A stretch of DNA of 64,000 nucleotides from Candidatus Arcticimaribacter sp. (GCA_038142965.1 JAYQLC010000005.1:20094-84093); one strand, 5' to 3'; counted from the stretch's first letter, positions 43,624 through 58,022 are shown. Notes: generated from the sequence alone by a model not told the origin. Numbers and translations are program-made.

Positions 43624-45305
43624 ATTCGAAGAATATCATTGAAGTTAGTGATTTATCACTTTCCATAGCTGATAAAGCTATCCTGAAAAACATAAGTTTC
43701 AACATTGCATCCAATGAAATTGTTGCCATGGTTGGTGAATCAGGCAGTGGAAAATCTTTGACTGCACTTTCCCTTTTGGGTTTACTGCCAATAGCTAAAA
43801 CATTAATAAACTCGGGCAGTATTCAATTTGAAAAAACAGAATTATTAAATTTTAGTGAAACCCAGTGGCAAAAAATCCGAGGAAATGAAATCAGTATGGT
43901 ATTTCAAGAACCTCAATCCTCTTTGAACCCCACAATGCGGTGTGGTGTCCAAGTCAATGAAATCATTCAACAGCATTTCAAAAATTCTTTGTCAAAAGAA
44001 AAGCGAAAACAAAAAGTTCTTGAAGCCTTTGAACGAGTCAAACTACCATCACCGGAAAGAATCTATGATGCATATCCACATGAAATTAGCGGAGGTCAAA
44101 AACAACGTGTGATGATTGCCATGGCATTGATAAATAAGCCCAAGTTACTTATTGCAGATGAACCCACAACAGCTTTGGATGTTCTGGTGCAAAAAGAAAT
44201 AATCGATTTACTCAAAGAGTTACAAAAACAAACTCAAATGAGTGTATTATTCATTTCACATGACTTGTCCTTGGTTTCCCAATTAGCTGATAAAATTATT
44301 GTTCTTTATGAAGGGAGGGTAGTTGAATCTGGAACCCCTCAGGAAATTTTCAAACAGCCTAAAGATAACTACACTCAAGCTTTGATTCATGCCCGGCCTT
44401 CACCAAATCAACGTTTAAAGAAGTTACCTACAATAGAAAATTATTCTACCCCTTTGGTGAAAAATCAATTTATTGATCCTAAAGAACGCAGTGAGCGATT
44501 AGAAAAATTATACGCTCAAAAGCCCCTATTTTCAGTTCGAAACTTGAGTAAAACATATAGGTCTAAATCTAGTCTTTTTGGAAAGACAGAAAACTTGTTG
44601 GCTGTCAAGGATGTTTCTTTTGATCTTTATCCTGGAGAAACCCTAGGGTTGGTGGGAGCTTCTGGATGTGGAAAATCTACTCTTGGAAAAGCTTTGGTAT
44701 TCTTAGACAAACCCACTGCAGGGAATATTGACTATGAAGGAACTTCTTTAAATAAATTGATTCCTCAAAAAATAAGATCATTACGTACTAACATTCAGTT
44801 TATTTTCCAAGATCCTTATGCAGCACTAAATCCTCAGAAAAAAATAGGGGATGCGATTCTTGAGCCCATAATTGCTCATAAAATTCTCGAAAAACCCTTT
44901 CAAAAAGATCGAGTTATTGACCTTTTAAAGCAAGTAGGATTGGACTCAAATTTTTACGACCGTTATCCACATGAACTTTCTGGAGGTCAACGCCAAAGAG
45001 CTGTTATTGCTCGAGCCCTGGCAGTTAATCCTAAAATATTAATTTGTGATGAATCTGTCGCAGCATTAGATATTTCTGTACAAGCACAAGTGCTCAATCT
45101 TCTTAATGATCTTCAAGAAAAACTCCAATTATCCTATATTTTTATTTCACACGACCTTTCTGTTGTTCAATACATTTCTGACAAAATCATGGTCATGGAT
45201 GAAGGAACAATAGTTGAATACAAAGAAGCTGATGAGCTTTGTCGAAACCCAGAGCACCTTTCAACTCAAAAACTCATGGAAGCCATTCCAAAAATAGCTT
45301 TTTAA
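43611..45305 (+). CDS. Fused double-domain ABC ATPase of the oligo/dipeptide type
   Basis: Two Walker A motifs (GESGSGKS, GASGCGKS) and two YPHExSGGQ signatures. Confidence 0.93.
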   Translation: MAKLNSKNIIEVSDLSLSIADKAILKNISFNIASNEIVAMVGESGSGKSLTALSLLGLLPIAKTLINSGSIQFEKTELLNFSETQWQKIRGNEISMVFQEPQSSLNPTMRCGVQVNEIIQQHFKNSLSKEKRKQKVLEAFERVKLPSPERIYDAYPHEISGGQKQRVMIAMALINKPKLLIADEPTTALDVLVQKEIIDLLKELQKQTQMSVLFISHDLSLVSQLADKIIVLYEGRVVESGTPQEIFKQPKDNYTQALIHARPSPNQRLKKLPTIENYSTPLVKNQFIDPKERSERLEKLYAQKPLFSVRNLSKTYRSKSSLFGKTENLLAVKDVSFDLYPGETLGLVGASGCGKSTLGKALVFLDKPTAGNIDYEGTSLNKLIPQKIRSLRTNIQFIFQDPYAALNPQKKIGDAILEPIIAHKILEKPFQKDRVIDLLKQVGLDSNFYDRYPHELSGGQRQRAVIARALAVNPKILICDESVAALDISVQAQVLNLLNDLQEKLQLSYIFISHDLSVVQYISDKIMVMDEGTIVEYKEADELCRNPEHLSTQKLMEAIPKIAF

Positions 45306-45313
45306 ATGCCTGA

Positions 45314-46354
45314 CTAAGGCGCAGGATTAGGGAGTTGGTTTTGAACTGTTTCTATCTCCTTTAAAATTTCTTTGGAAAGTGTAACGTTTATGCTTCCAAT
45401 ATTTTCTTTAAGCTGCTCTAAAGTAGTTGCTCCAATAATATTAGAGGTGACAAAAGGTTGCATATTTACAAAAGCCAAAGACATTTGTGTAAGACTTAAA
45501 CTGTGTTTTTGCGCTATTTGATAATACAATTCTGTTGCCTCAATAGCTTGTTTTCCATTGTATCGGGCTGCAAAGTTTGGAAACAAGGTAAAGCGTGCTT
45601 TTGGAGGGTTATTCCCATTTCTGTATTTACCTGTCAGGCGACCAAAAGCAAGTGGGGAATAGGCTAATAAACCAACATCTTCTCGCAAACAAACCTCAGC
45701 AGTTCCAACCTCGAAATGTCGAGTAAGTAAAGAATATGTGTTTTGTAGCGTAATCATTTTAGGTAAACCCTTTCGAGACAACTCCATGTATTTCATAATT
45801 GCCCAAGGATTTTCGTTAGACAAACCAATTTGTCGGATCTTGCCTGCCTGTATTAACTCATTGAGATTGTGCAAAATTTCTTCGAAATTTTCTATCCAAG
45901 GATCATCAGCATCATGAGAATAACCTCGCTTCCCAAAATAATTGGTATTGCGCTCTGGCCAATGCAATTGATATAAATCAATATAATCGGTCTGTAAACG
46001 CATTAAAGAATTTTCAACCGCCTCAACAAGGTTGGCTTTGTTGAAGCTTACCTTATTGCGGATGTGTGCAGTGTATGGCCCCGGTCCAGCTGCCTTAGAG
46101 GCCAAAATAACCTTAGATCTATTGCCCGTTTTTTTGAACCAATTTCCAATGACACGTTCTGTTTCTCCTTGAGTTTTAGGCTCTGCCGGAACCGGATACA
46201 ATTCTGCAGTGTCAAAAAAATTAACTCCACTCTCTAAGGCTAAATCCATCTGATCAAATCCTTCAGCTTCTGTGTTTTGATTTCCGATGGTCATGGTACC
46301 CAAACATATTTTACTAACTTTTATGTTGGTACCTGGTAATGTAGTGTATTTCAT
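45314..46354 (-). CDS. NADP(H)-dependent aldo-keto reductase (Tas-like)
   Basis: CLGTMT, DTAELYPVP, DLYQLHWP and AYSPLAFG motifs. Confidence 0.92.
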   Translation of the reverse strand: MKYTTLPGTNIKVSKICLGTMTIGNQNTEAEGFDQMDLALESGVNFFDTAELYPVPAEPKTQGETERVIGNWFKKTGNRSKVILASKAAGPGPYTAHIRNKVSFNKANLVEAVENSLMRLQTDYIDLYQLHWPERNTNYFGKRGYSHDADDPWIENFEEILHNLNELIQAGKIRQIGLSNENPWAIMKYMELSRKGLPKMITLQNTYSLLTRHFEVGTAEVCLREDVGLLAYSPLAFGRLTGKYRNGNNPPKARFTLFPNFAARYNGKQAIEATELYYQIAQKHSLSLTQMSLAFVNMQPFVTSNIIGATTLEQLKENIGSINVTLSKEILKEIETVQNQLPNPAP

Positions 46355-46358
46355 AAAT

Positions 46359-47298
46359 TTAGTCTAGGTCTTGAAGAAGTTTGCCTATCTCATCCAATTT
46401 TGGAGCTAAGATCACTTCTATACGTCTATTTTTTGATCGATTACTCGCAGAGCTGTTTGGAACAAGTGGAGCATATTCCCCTTTTCCAGCTGCAGTAATA
46501 TTTTCGGGTTTTACCCCATTATTTTTTAGTAATAATGTTACTATTGATGTTGCTCTTTTAACAGAAAGATCCCAATTTCCGGATAATTTTGAATCTCCAA
46601 TGTAGGGTTCATCATCTGTGTGGCCTTCAATCAATACCGCAATATCTTTGTTTTCTTCCAAAACCATTGCGAGTTGTCTGATTGCTTGCCTCCCTTCTGA
46701 ACCAACTGCCCAACTTCCAGGTTTAAATAACAACTTATTTTCCATAGAAACATAAACCTTTCCGTCTCGTTGTTCAACAGTCAGTCCTTTTCCGTCAAAA
46801 CTCAAAAGTGCTTTGGTTAAAGAAGATTTTAAATTTGAAAGTAATGCTTCTTTATTTGCAATAACTTGTTCTAATTCGTCAACTCGAGCAATTCTAGAAG
46901 CAAGCTCATTTTTTAAGAGAATCAAGTTCCGAACGTTCATCTAATAGCTCTGATTCTTTCAGTTGAATTTGATCCAACAATCCTCTGTTTTGTTCAATAC
47001 TTTCTTGCAATTCTGCATTACTGTTTTTCTCTAAGGCGGTGTATGAATCTCGAAGTGTTTCAAAATTCTTTTTGGAGCTATCTAACTCCATTTCCATTTT
47101 TTCATATTGAGACATTAATTCCCCATAGTGATAACGCAAAGAGTCATATCGAACAATAAGCTCACTGTTATCTTTTTCCAAGATAGAGTGATCTACTTTT
47201 AACTGAGCGTAATTCCCTTCTATTTCGTTAAACATTTTTGAAGAAACGCAACTAACCAGACCAAAGGAGCAAAGGCAAAGAAATATTAATTTTTTCAT
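46359..47298 (-). CDS. OmpA/MotB-domain lipoprotein with N-terminal coiled coil (frameshift near 46910)
   Basis: Lipobox LVSCVS; heptad-rich region; EGHTDD, NWDLSVKRA and NRRIEVIL motifs. Confidence 0.88.
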
Positions 47299-47313
47299 GC
47301 TATTCAAGTTAAT

Positions 47314-48080
47314 TTATTTAAAATCTAATTCAACCACAACAGGACAATGATCAGAATGGTAGGCTTCTGATAAAATGTAGGCTCTTGAAATTTTGGGGCT
47401 TAAGGGTTCATTTACCATCGCATAATCCAAACGCCAACCTTTGTTATTTGCACGAGAATTAGCGCGATAACTCCACCAACTGTATTGGTGTGGCTCTGAA
47501 TTAAACTTACGAAAAGAGTCGACAAATCCTTGATTTACAAAACTATCCATCCATGCGCGCTCTTCAGGTAAAAAGCCTGAAACATTTTTATTTCGAACCG
47601 GGTCATGAATATCAATAGCTTTATGACATATGTTGAAATCTCCACAAACAACCAAATGCGGTATTTTTTTTGGAGTATTGCAAAATAGTCTCGAATTTCA
47701 TCCATGAATTTAAACTTGTATTCTAAACGATCTGTGTTGGTTCCAGACGGCAAATACATGCTTACTACTGAACAATTTTCAAAATCTGCTCGGATGACAC
47801 GGCCTTCAAAATCCATTTGCTCAATACCTGTTCCATATTCTATGTGATTAGGTTTTTGTTTACAAATTATTGAAACTCCACTATATCCTTTTTTTTGTGC
47901 AGAAAACCAGTAATGATGATATCCCAGTTTTTCGATGGCTTCTGTATCTACTTGCTCTTTTTGGGCCTTTGTTTCCTGAAGACATAAAACATCAGGTTGT
48001 GCAGCATTGAGCCAACCAATAAAGTCTTTTTTAAAAGCCGCTCGAATTCCATTAACATTGTAAGAAATGATTTTCATCAT
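47314..48080 (-). CDS. xth: Exodeoxyribonuclease III / AP endonuclease (frameshift near 47665)
   Basis: SYNVNGIRA, LQETK, GDFNICH, GWRLDY and SDHCP motifs. Confidence 0.95.
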
Positions 48081-48144
48081 AGCTAAAGTAAGCAATCTCT
48101 AGCTTTTAAAAACCTGATATGAAAAGTGTTTTTAAAAAAACTTA

Positions 48145-49683
48145 TTAATGGTTATTGAGTTTTTGCAACCAGTTTTTAAAATCCAACTTTTCATTTAAAA
48201 AGCCTGCCAATGCTTCAATGGAAATACGTTCCTGTTTCATGGTGTCTCGATCTCGAATAGTAACCGTTTGATCTTCTAGAGTTTGATGATCAATAGTAAT
48301 GCAATAAGGTGTTCCCAATGCGTCTTGACGTCTGTATCGTCTCCCTACAGCATCTTTTTCATCATAACAGACTTCATGATTCCACTTTAAATCATCCATC
48401 AATTTTTTCCCAAGCTCAGGAAGACCATCTTTCTTTACCAAGGGTAAAATTGCGATTTTAGTGGGTGCTAGTATTGCGGGTAATTTCAATACCGTTCTTG
48501 AGCTACCGTCTTCCAGTGCTTCCTCACGCAACGCCCATGAAAATACAGCCAAAAACATACGATCTAATCCTACTGAAGTTTCAACCACATAAGGCACGTA
48601 ATTTTCGTTCCGTTCATGGTCAAAATACTGCAACTTTTTTCCCGAAAACTCTTCATGACTACCTAAATCAAAATCAGTTCTAGAATGAATCCCTTCAAGT
48701 TCTTTGAATCCAAATGGAAATTTAAATTCAATATCTGCTGCTGCATCGGCATAATGAGCTAATTTTTCGTGATCGTGAAAACGATAATTTTCTTCTCCCA
48801 TTCCTAAGGAAAGATGCCATTTAAGTCGAGTTTCTTTCCATTGGTTGTACCATTCTTTTTGAGTTCCAGGAGGGATGAAAAACTGCATTTCCATTTGTTC
48901 AAATTCTCGCATTCGAAAAATAAATTGGCGTGCTACAATTTCATTTCTAAATGCCTTTCCCGTTTGTGCTATTCCAAAAGGAATTTTCATTCTACCTGTT
49001 TTCTGGACGTTTAAAAAGTTTACAAAAATCCCTTGTGCAGTTTCTGGGCGTAAGTATAAATCCATTGCAGAGTCAGCTGAGGCTCCTAATTTTGTTCCAA
49101 ACATGAGATTAAACTGCTTCACCTCAGTCCAGTTTCTAGATCCCGATTCTGGACAGGCAATTTCAAGTTCTTCTATCAAATTCTTTACATCTGTGAGATC
49201 TTCTTTTTCCAAAGATTGACCCAAGCGTTTTAAAGTTTGATTTATTTTTTCTTGATACCCAACCACCCTAGGGTTTGTTTTGATGAATTCTTCTTTTTCA
49301 AAGCTATCGCCAAAACGTTTTGCCGCTTTAGCAATTTCTTTATCCATTTTGTTCTCAATTTTGGCACAATAGTCCTCCACCAAAACATCTGCCCGATATC
49401 GCTTTTTAGAATCTTTATTATCAATCAAAGGATCGTTAAAAGCATCTACGTGACCCGATGCCTTCCATGTAGTTGGATGCATAAAAATAGCTGCATCTAT
49501 TCCTACAATGTTATGATGTAATTGAACCATTGATTTCCACCAATAATCTCTAATATTTTTTTTGAGAGCGACCCCGTTTTGAGCATAGTCGTAAACTGCA
49601 CTTAGGCCATCGTAAATTTCACTTGAAGGAAATACAAATCCGTATTCTTTTGCATGTGAAATGATTTTTTTGAAATCTGTCAT
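48145..49683 (-). CDS. glyQS: Glycine--tRNA ligase (homodimeric alpha2 type)
   Basis: LRPETAQG, FRNEI, REFEQME, ELEGIHSR and VGRRYRRQD motifs; TATTTTTG -7 element at 49695-49688. Confidence 0.97.
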   Translation of the reverse strand: MTDFKKIISHAKEYGFVFPSSEIYDGLSAVYDYAQNGVALKKNIRDYWWKSMVQLHHNIVGIDAAIFMHPTTWKASGHVDAFNDPLIDNKDSKKRYRADVLVEDYCAKIENKMDKEIAKAAKRFGDSFEKEEFIKTNPRVVGYQEKINQTLKRLGQSLEKEDLTDVKNLIEELEIACPESGSRNWTEVKQFNLMFGTKLGASADSAMDLYLRPETAQGIFVNFLNVQKTGRMKIPFGIAQTGKAFRNEIVARQFIFRMREFEQMEMQFFIPPGTQKEWYNQWKETRLKWHLSLGMGEENYRFHDHEKLAHYADAAADIEFKFPFGFKELEGIHSRTDFDLGSHEEFSGKKLQYFDHERNENYVPYVVETSVGLDRMFLAVFSWALREEALEDGSSRTVLKLPAILAPTKIAILPLVKKDGLPELGKKLMDDLKWNHEVCYDEKDAVGRRYRRQDALGTPYCITIDHQTLEDQTVTIRDRDTMKQERISIEALAGFLNEKLDFKNWLQKLNNH

Positions 49684-49735
49684 GGTACAAAAATAATCCT
49701 TTTTCGTATTTTACCTTACTCAAATCTTATTTAAC

Positions 49736-50433
49736 ATGAAAAACTTTGCAAAAGAGCTTGGAAGCGATTTTATTAACCTGTTCTTTCCAAAATTGTGCAT
49801 GGGTTGTATGGGTGTTTTGATTCCCAGTGAAAAAAATATTTGTGTGCATTGCCAACTTCAACTTCCATTCACTTACTTTCATTTACAAGAAAACAATCCT
49901 GTAAAAGAGAAATTCAAAACTAGGTTGGATATCAGACAAGCGACTGCTCTTTGCTATTTTCAAGAAAACAGCATTATAGAAAAACTTCTTTATCAATTGA
50001 AATACAGGGGTCAAAAACAATTAGGGGCTTATTTTGGAACTCTTTTGGGTAAAGAATTAAAATCTTCAATTAATTATCAAACTATTGATGCTATAATTGC
50101 TGTTCCACTTCATCAAAAAAGACAACGAAAAAGGGGGTACAATCAAGTTTCCCTTTTCGGCAAAACTATTGCTCATTACCTTGGTGTTCCCTACATTGAG
50201 GATGCGCTTGTTCGAACCCAGAATACCAAGCAGCTTACAAAAATTATTATGCGGATCGCGAGAAAATACTTGAAAATGCTTTTTGTTTGAATTTAAAAGA
50301 TTCGGCCCCCAAGCATTGGCTCTTGGTTGATGACATAATAACCACAGGTGCTACCCTAAATTTCTGTGGAAGACTAATCCTTGAAAATCCAAAAAATGAG
50401 TTAAGCATTGCAGCCATAGGGTATAGGATTTAA
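49736..50433 (+). CDS. ComF family protein (double zinc ribbon + PRTase); frameshift near 50245
   Basis: CMGC..CVHC, LKYRG, RGYNQ; LVDDIITTGATL in the shifted frame. Confidence 0.88.
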
Positions 50434-50469
50434 ATGATTTATCCTTTAATTTGCACTAAAATAAGATTC

Positions 50470-52072
50470 ATGCGGAAAAACTCCTCTACATTATTGGTGT
50501 AATTTTAATCTTATCTGTTTCCCGCTGCGCTAAAAGAGGTACTCCTACGGGTGGAGCCAAAGATAGTTTACCGCCCGTACTGATTCGAGCAGTCCCTCCA
50601 TTGAACACCAACTTTTTTGATGAAGAAAAAATCACTTTGTTTTTTGATGAATATATTAAACTCAAAGACATCAGCAGTCAATTTATTACCTCCCCACCAT
50701 TAGAGCCAAGCCAATACAAAATTTCACCAGAGTCTACAGTAAGCAAAAAGATTGAAGTCAAATTTTTAGATTCTCTAAAACCAAACATTACCTACACCCT
50801 CAACTTTGGCTCTGCAATTGAAGATTTTAATGAAGCTAATCCGTTGACTTTTTCAGTTACACCTTTTCTACTGGAGCAGTAATTGATTCCTTGTATTTGG
50901 AGGGGACTGTAAAGGATGCCTATGAAATGGAAACCGAGCCTAATATTTCTCTTCATTTGTACCCCATAGATTCTACTTTTACAGATTCTACAATTTTCAA
51001 GAAGAAACCCTTTTATGTCGCCAACACACTAGATAGCGTTTATTTCAAACTGCAAAACATCAAAGAAGGAACTTATGAAATGATTGCCATACAGGACGTG
51101 GGTAAAAATTATCTTTTTGATCAGAACATTGACAAAATCGGTTTTTTTGAAGACCCTGTAAAACTTCCCGGAGATACACTGCGTTTTCCAGTACTTTTCA
51201 AAGAAATTCAAAATTTTGACTGGACACGACCTCAGTTTGTAAACGATCATCACATTGTTTTTGGATATTATGGGAATCCTTCAGGTAAGGAAATAAAGCT
51301 TGTGAGTGATGTGCCAAAAGATTTTAAATACCTAATCACCAAACACACCGAAAAAGACAGTTTAGATTTTTGGTTTTCTGGGATCAAAAAAAATTGATTC
51401 TTTGGTTTTTAAATTAAGTGGAATGGACTCCATGATTCAAAAAATTGTGAAACCAGTGCGCCCAACACTCGATTCCTTAGAAATCAAATTTTCTCATTCT
51501 AGGGTTATTGATTTTTTGGATACCCTATCCTTAAAATCTTCGCTTCCAATAATTTCTATCAATGATGCGTTTATTGAAATTCGAGATTTAGATTCTCTTA
51601 TAGTTCCTTTTAAATCTGTCCTTAATAAAAATAAAAATCAAGTTTTTTTAGATTTTGAAAAAACTCCTAATAATAGTTACTCCATAAAAATATTACCCAA
51701 TGCAACGGTCGATTTTTGGGGGATACAAACGATACCATTGAAACTAAATTGAATACCAAAAAAATAGAAGATTATGGTGTAATTATCCTTTCTGTCAAAA
51801 CAGATGAAGACTTTAATTATTTTATTGAACTACTGGATAAAAAAGGGGAGACTGTTCGAAAAACAATAAAAAACGAAAACAACCGCTATAGGTTCAATCA
51901 TCTAACACCTGGGACTTATGGTTTCCGTTTGATAAAAGACCTAAACAACAATCAAAAATGGGACACTGGAAATTATCTCAAAAAAATTCAGCCTGAAGAA
52001 GTTTTTTACATGGATGGTGAAATTGTACTTCGAGCGAATTGGGACCAAAATGAAGTGTTTATTGTAAAGTAA
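50470..52072 (+). CDS. Ig-like domain lipoprotein (Big_5 type); several frameshifts
   Basis: SRCAKRGTPTGGAKDSLPP, FDEYIKL, NITYTLNFG and DLNNNQKWDTGNY..QPE motifs across fragments. Confidence 0.8.
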
Positions 52073-52835
52073 AAGAATCTCGATCGTTTAGAAAATTAAA
52101 TTTAGACCGCGTGGCAACTTGTTGATCCTTGTTTAAGGTTGCGTAAAATATTCCTTCTTTGTCAGCTGCACAAACAACGGTTGTTCCAAGTGAATCGTAG
52201 ACTGCTGATCGTCCTAGATAAGTGTTTTGTTTAGCATCTTTTCCTGTTCTATTTACTCCAACGGTGTAACTCATGTTTTCGATAGCACGAGCCTGCAAAA
52301 GTGTTTCCCATGCATTTACTCTTGGACTCGGCCAATTGGCTACATATACCAGCAGATCGTAATCTACAGTATTTCTTGACCAAACTGGAAATCTTAGGTC
52401 ATAACATATTCGAAGACAAACCTTCCATCCTTTAAAATTAAGAATTCCGTCATTTTTACCAGTCTGATATGCACGATCTTCTCCTGCCAAAGTAAACGTA
52501 TGTCGCTTGTCATAAAAATATTTGTTCCCATCTGAATTGATCCAAACAAAGCGATTGTAGTACAAACCTTCTTCTTCAATTATCAAACTTCCTGCAATTG
52601 CAGTATTGTGTTTTTTTGCCCACATCAACATCCATTGAATTGTATTTCCATTCATTGATTCGGCTACATTTTCTGGATTCATCGTAAAACCAGATGTAAA
52701 CATTTCTGGAAGAAAAACGACATCTGTTTCTGACTGAAGTTGTTCTAGGTACTTGTCGAAACGACTAAGATTATCCTGCGGGCGTTCCCAGGCTAAGTCC
52801 ATTTGAATTAAGGCCACTTTGATTTCGTCTTCCAT
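52059..52835 (-). CDS. Nitrilase-family amidohydrolase (omega-amidase, YafV-like)
   Basis: LPEMFTSGF, YDKRH and ICYDLRFPVW (E-K-C triad). Confidence 0.92.
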   Translation of the reverse strand: MEDEIKVALIQMDLAWERPQDNLSRFDKYLEQLQSETDVVFLPEMFTSGFTMNPENVAESMNGNTIQWMLMWAKKHNTAIAGSLIIEEEGLYYNRFVWINSDGNKYFYDKRHTFTLAGEDRAYQTGKNDGILNFKGWKVCLRICYDLRFPVWSRNTVDYDLLVYVANWPSPRVNAWETLLQARAIENMSYTVGVNRTGKDAKQNTYLGRSAVYDSLGTTVVCAADKEGIFYATLNKDQQVATRSKFNFLNDRDSFTLQ

Positions 52836-52849
52836 TTGAACTGTTTTAA

Positions 52850-54432
<1,583 letters not shown>

Positions 54433-54442
54433 GCAATTTGAT

Positions 54443-55235
54443 TCATCCATTATTTTTTCTAATAATTTTAGCATCTCTGCGTATTTGGTCGACTTCTGCA
54501 AAATTAGTGTCATAATCTTCTCGCAATGTACCCATCCAACGATCCCAAAACAAAAAATACAACCCATAATTTCCATTAAATTTTGAATGGTGGGCATTAT
54601 GAGAAACCGAAGTATTAAGCCATTTCCCAATAAAACTTTTATTGAATCTTTTGGGATACAATTCATACCCTAAGTGCCCATATACATTGTAAAAAGTCAT
54701 AAAAACTAGGAATAGAAATAATGCCGATGTGTGATATGGAATTAAGTAAATGATCGGAAAAATTATTCATGCTTCAACAACCCCCTCTAAAGGGTGAAAA
54801 GCAAAAGCTGCCCACGGAGAGGGATTAGTCGATTTATGATGTACTTCGTGAAACAATCGGTAAATTTTTGGATGATGCATAGCTCGATGTGTCCAGTAAA
54901 AATAGGTGTCGTGCATCAAAATCATCAAAAAAACACTCAAAAACCAATAGCCTATACCGTGTGTTTCTATACTTTGATAACGGAGATCATATTCGCCTAA
55001 CGGTGAACGAATCGCCAATAGTGCCACCAGCATAAAAATAAATAAGCTTAACAAAGAATACCCTATTTCTCTGTAATAATCTTGACTTTTGGGTAAGCGA
55101 TTTTGAATTTTTTGGAACCCAATTCTTCTTAAAAAGAACGTAAAATATTAAAAAGAAAAATCCGGCAACCGAAAAATAGCGAACTAAATTTGTTGAAAGG
55201 ACTCCAACAATAAATTCCGTCATTGTGAGTTCCAT
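54443..55235 (-). CDS. Sterol desaturase / fatty acid hydroxylase family protein; frameshifted
   Basis: His boxes YWTHRAMHH, HEVHH, GHLGYE and HNAHH; NYGLYFLFWDRWMGT. Confidence 0.88.
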
Positions 55236-55265
55236 AAAAAATTAATTTAATTCAAGCTTGAACTA

Positions 55266-56011
55266 CTATCCTTTTGCTGATGCAACCAAATATTCTCGAT
55301 TCATACGAGCAATATTTTCCAATGAAATGCCTTTAGGGCATTCTACTTCACAAGCACCGGTATTGGTGCAATTACCGAAACCTTCTTCGTCCATTTGTTT
55401 TACCATGTTCAACACCCGATCGGCAGCTTCTACCTTTCCTTGAGGAAGTAGTGCATATTGCGAAACTTTAGCAGAAACAAACAACATTGCAGAAGCATTT
55501 TTACAACTGGCTACACAGGCTCCACATCCAATACAGGTTGCAGCGTCAAAGGCGTTATCAGCATCGTGTTTGTTGATTGGAATGGCGTTAGCATCTTGAG
55601 TATTTCCAGAGGTGTTGACACTTACAAAACCACCCGCATGTTGAATACGATCAAATGCTGATCGGTCAACCGCTAGGTCTTTTACTACTGGAAATGCATT
55701 TGCTCTAAAGGGTTCAATTGTTATGGTTTCACCATCTTTAAACTTTCGCATATGTAACTGACAAGTGGTAACCAAACGATCAGGTCCATGAGCCTCACCA
55801 TTGATATACATGGAGCACATTCCACAAATTCCTTCTCTGCAGTCGTGATCAAATGCAACTGGATCAATTCCTTTGTTTATTAGTTGTTCATTGAGAACAT
55901 CCATCATTTCTAGGAAAGACATGTCCGGCGAAACATTTTCAATCGGATAGGTTTCCATTTTACCTTGGGCATTTGTGTTGGCTTGTCGCCAAATTTTAGA
56001 GTCAAATTCAT
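55266..56011 (-). CDS. sdhB: Succinate dehydrogenase/fumarate reductase iron-sulfur subunit (5' frameshift)
   Basis: [16 protein letters not shown] and [12 protein letters not shown] motifs; true start MNLTLK at 56011. Confidence 0.95.
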
Positions 56012-56015
56012 AGTT

Positions 56016-58018
56016 TTATTTGTATGAACGCGTTTTTACTTCAATTTCTTCGTAATTCAATTCTTCTTTGTGCAAAACAGCATCAGCGGGTTCTCCTTTG
56101 TATTCCCATGCAGAAACAAAGGTGAAGTTTTGATCATCTCTCATGGCCTCTCCCTCAGGGGTTTGTGATTCTTCGCGAAAATGACCTCCACAGGATTCAG
56201 TTCGCTCCAGAGCATCCTTTGCAAATAATTCTCCCAATTCAAGGAAGTCAGCTACTCTCCCAGCTTTAGCCAATTGCTCATTAAATTCAGAATCTGTTCC
56301 TGGAACATTTACATTCTTGTAAAAGTCTTGTCTAAGTTCCTTGATTTCTTTCATTGCTTCTTTCAAACCTTTTGCGTTTCTGGACATTCCACACTTGTTC
56401 CACATGATTTTACCTAATTTCTTGTGGTAATAATCCACTGAATTTTTGCCTTTGTTTGTTATGAACAAATTGATTTTATCTTTTACTGCTTTTTCAGCAT
56501 CATCAAATTCTGGAGAGTCTGTTGATATTGGCCCTGTTCGAATGTCATTTGATAAATAATCCCCAATTGTGTAGGGTAAAACAAAATATCCATCAGCTAG
56601 TCCTTGCATCAATGCAGATGCGCCAAGCCTGTTTGCTCCATGATCTGAAAAGTTTGCCTCTCCGATGGCATAGCAACCAGGAATGGAAGTCATCAAGTTG
56701 TAATCTACCCATACACCTCCCATGGTGTAATGTACCGCTGGATAGATCATCATGGGCATTTCATATGGGTTTTGGTCTACAATTTTCTCATACATCTGGA
56801 ACAGGTTTCCATATTTCGAGCGAACCACCTCTTGCCCTAATTTTTTAACTAAAACGCTATCATCTTCATCCAAGCCTTTGACATGTGCTTGTTCTTTTCC
56901 GTAACGAACAATTGCTGCTGCAAAGTCCAAATACACAGCCTCACCTGTTTTGTTTACTCCAAAACCAGCATCGCAACGTTCTTTTGCAGCACGTGATGCA
57001 ACATCCCTAGGAACTAAGTTTCCGAAAGCTGGATAACGGCGTTCTAAATAATAATCACGATCTTCTTCTTTAAGATCTGTTGGCTTCAGTTTTCCTTCAC
57101 GAATGGCCTGAACATCTTCTATGTTTTTGGGAACCCAGATACGTCCATCATTCCTGAGAGACTCTGACATTAATGTTAGTTTGGATTGATGATCTCCAGA
57201 AACGGGAATACAGGTTGGGTGAATTTGTGTAAAACAAGGATTGGCAAAATAAGCTCCTTTTTGGTGGATTTTCCATCCTGCAGAAACATTACTCCCCATT
57301 GCATTTGTTGAAAGAAAAAATACGTTTCCATATCCTCCAGAAGCAACAACTACTGCGTGTGCTCCATGGCGTTCTATCTGACCTGTTACGAGGTTTCTGG
57401 CAATAATTCCACGAGCTTTACCATCAACCAAAACCAAATCCATCATTTCGTGACGGTTGTACATCTTGATTTTACCACGACCAATTTGGCGGTTCATGGC
57501 CGAGTAAGCACCCAATAATAATTGTTGTCCTGTTTGACCTTTTGCATAAAAGGTTCTTGATACCAAAACTCCTCCAAAAGAACGATTATCTAGCAAACCT
57601 CCATAGTCACGCGCAAAAGGAACTCCTTGGGCCACACATTGGTCAATGATATTTGTAGAAACCTCAGCCAAACGATGAACGTTCGCCTCTCGGGAACGGT
57701 AATCTCCTCCTTAATTGTATCATAAAACAAGCGATAAGTTGAATCTCCATCTCCTTGATAATTTTTTGCAGCATTGATTCCACCTTGAGCTGCTATTGAA
57801 TGTGCTCTTCTTGGTGAATCTTGAAAACAAAATGCTTTTACATTGTACCCTAATTCGGCTAAGGTCGCTGCTGCCGAGGCTCCTGCTAATCCAGTTCCTA
57901 CAACAATAACATCAATAAGACGTTTGTTTGCTGGGCTAACCAAATTGATGTGACTCTTGTGATTGGTCCACTTATCTGATAAAGGTCCCTTTGGTATTTT
58001 AGAATCTAAACTCGCCAT
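56016..58018 (-). CDS. sdhA: Succinate dehydrogenase/fumarate reductase flavoprotein subunit (frameshift near 57710)
   Basis: [29 protein letters not shown] and HGANRLGA motifs. Confidence 0.96.
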
Positions 58019-58022
58019 ATTG

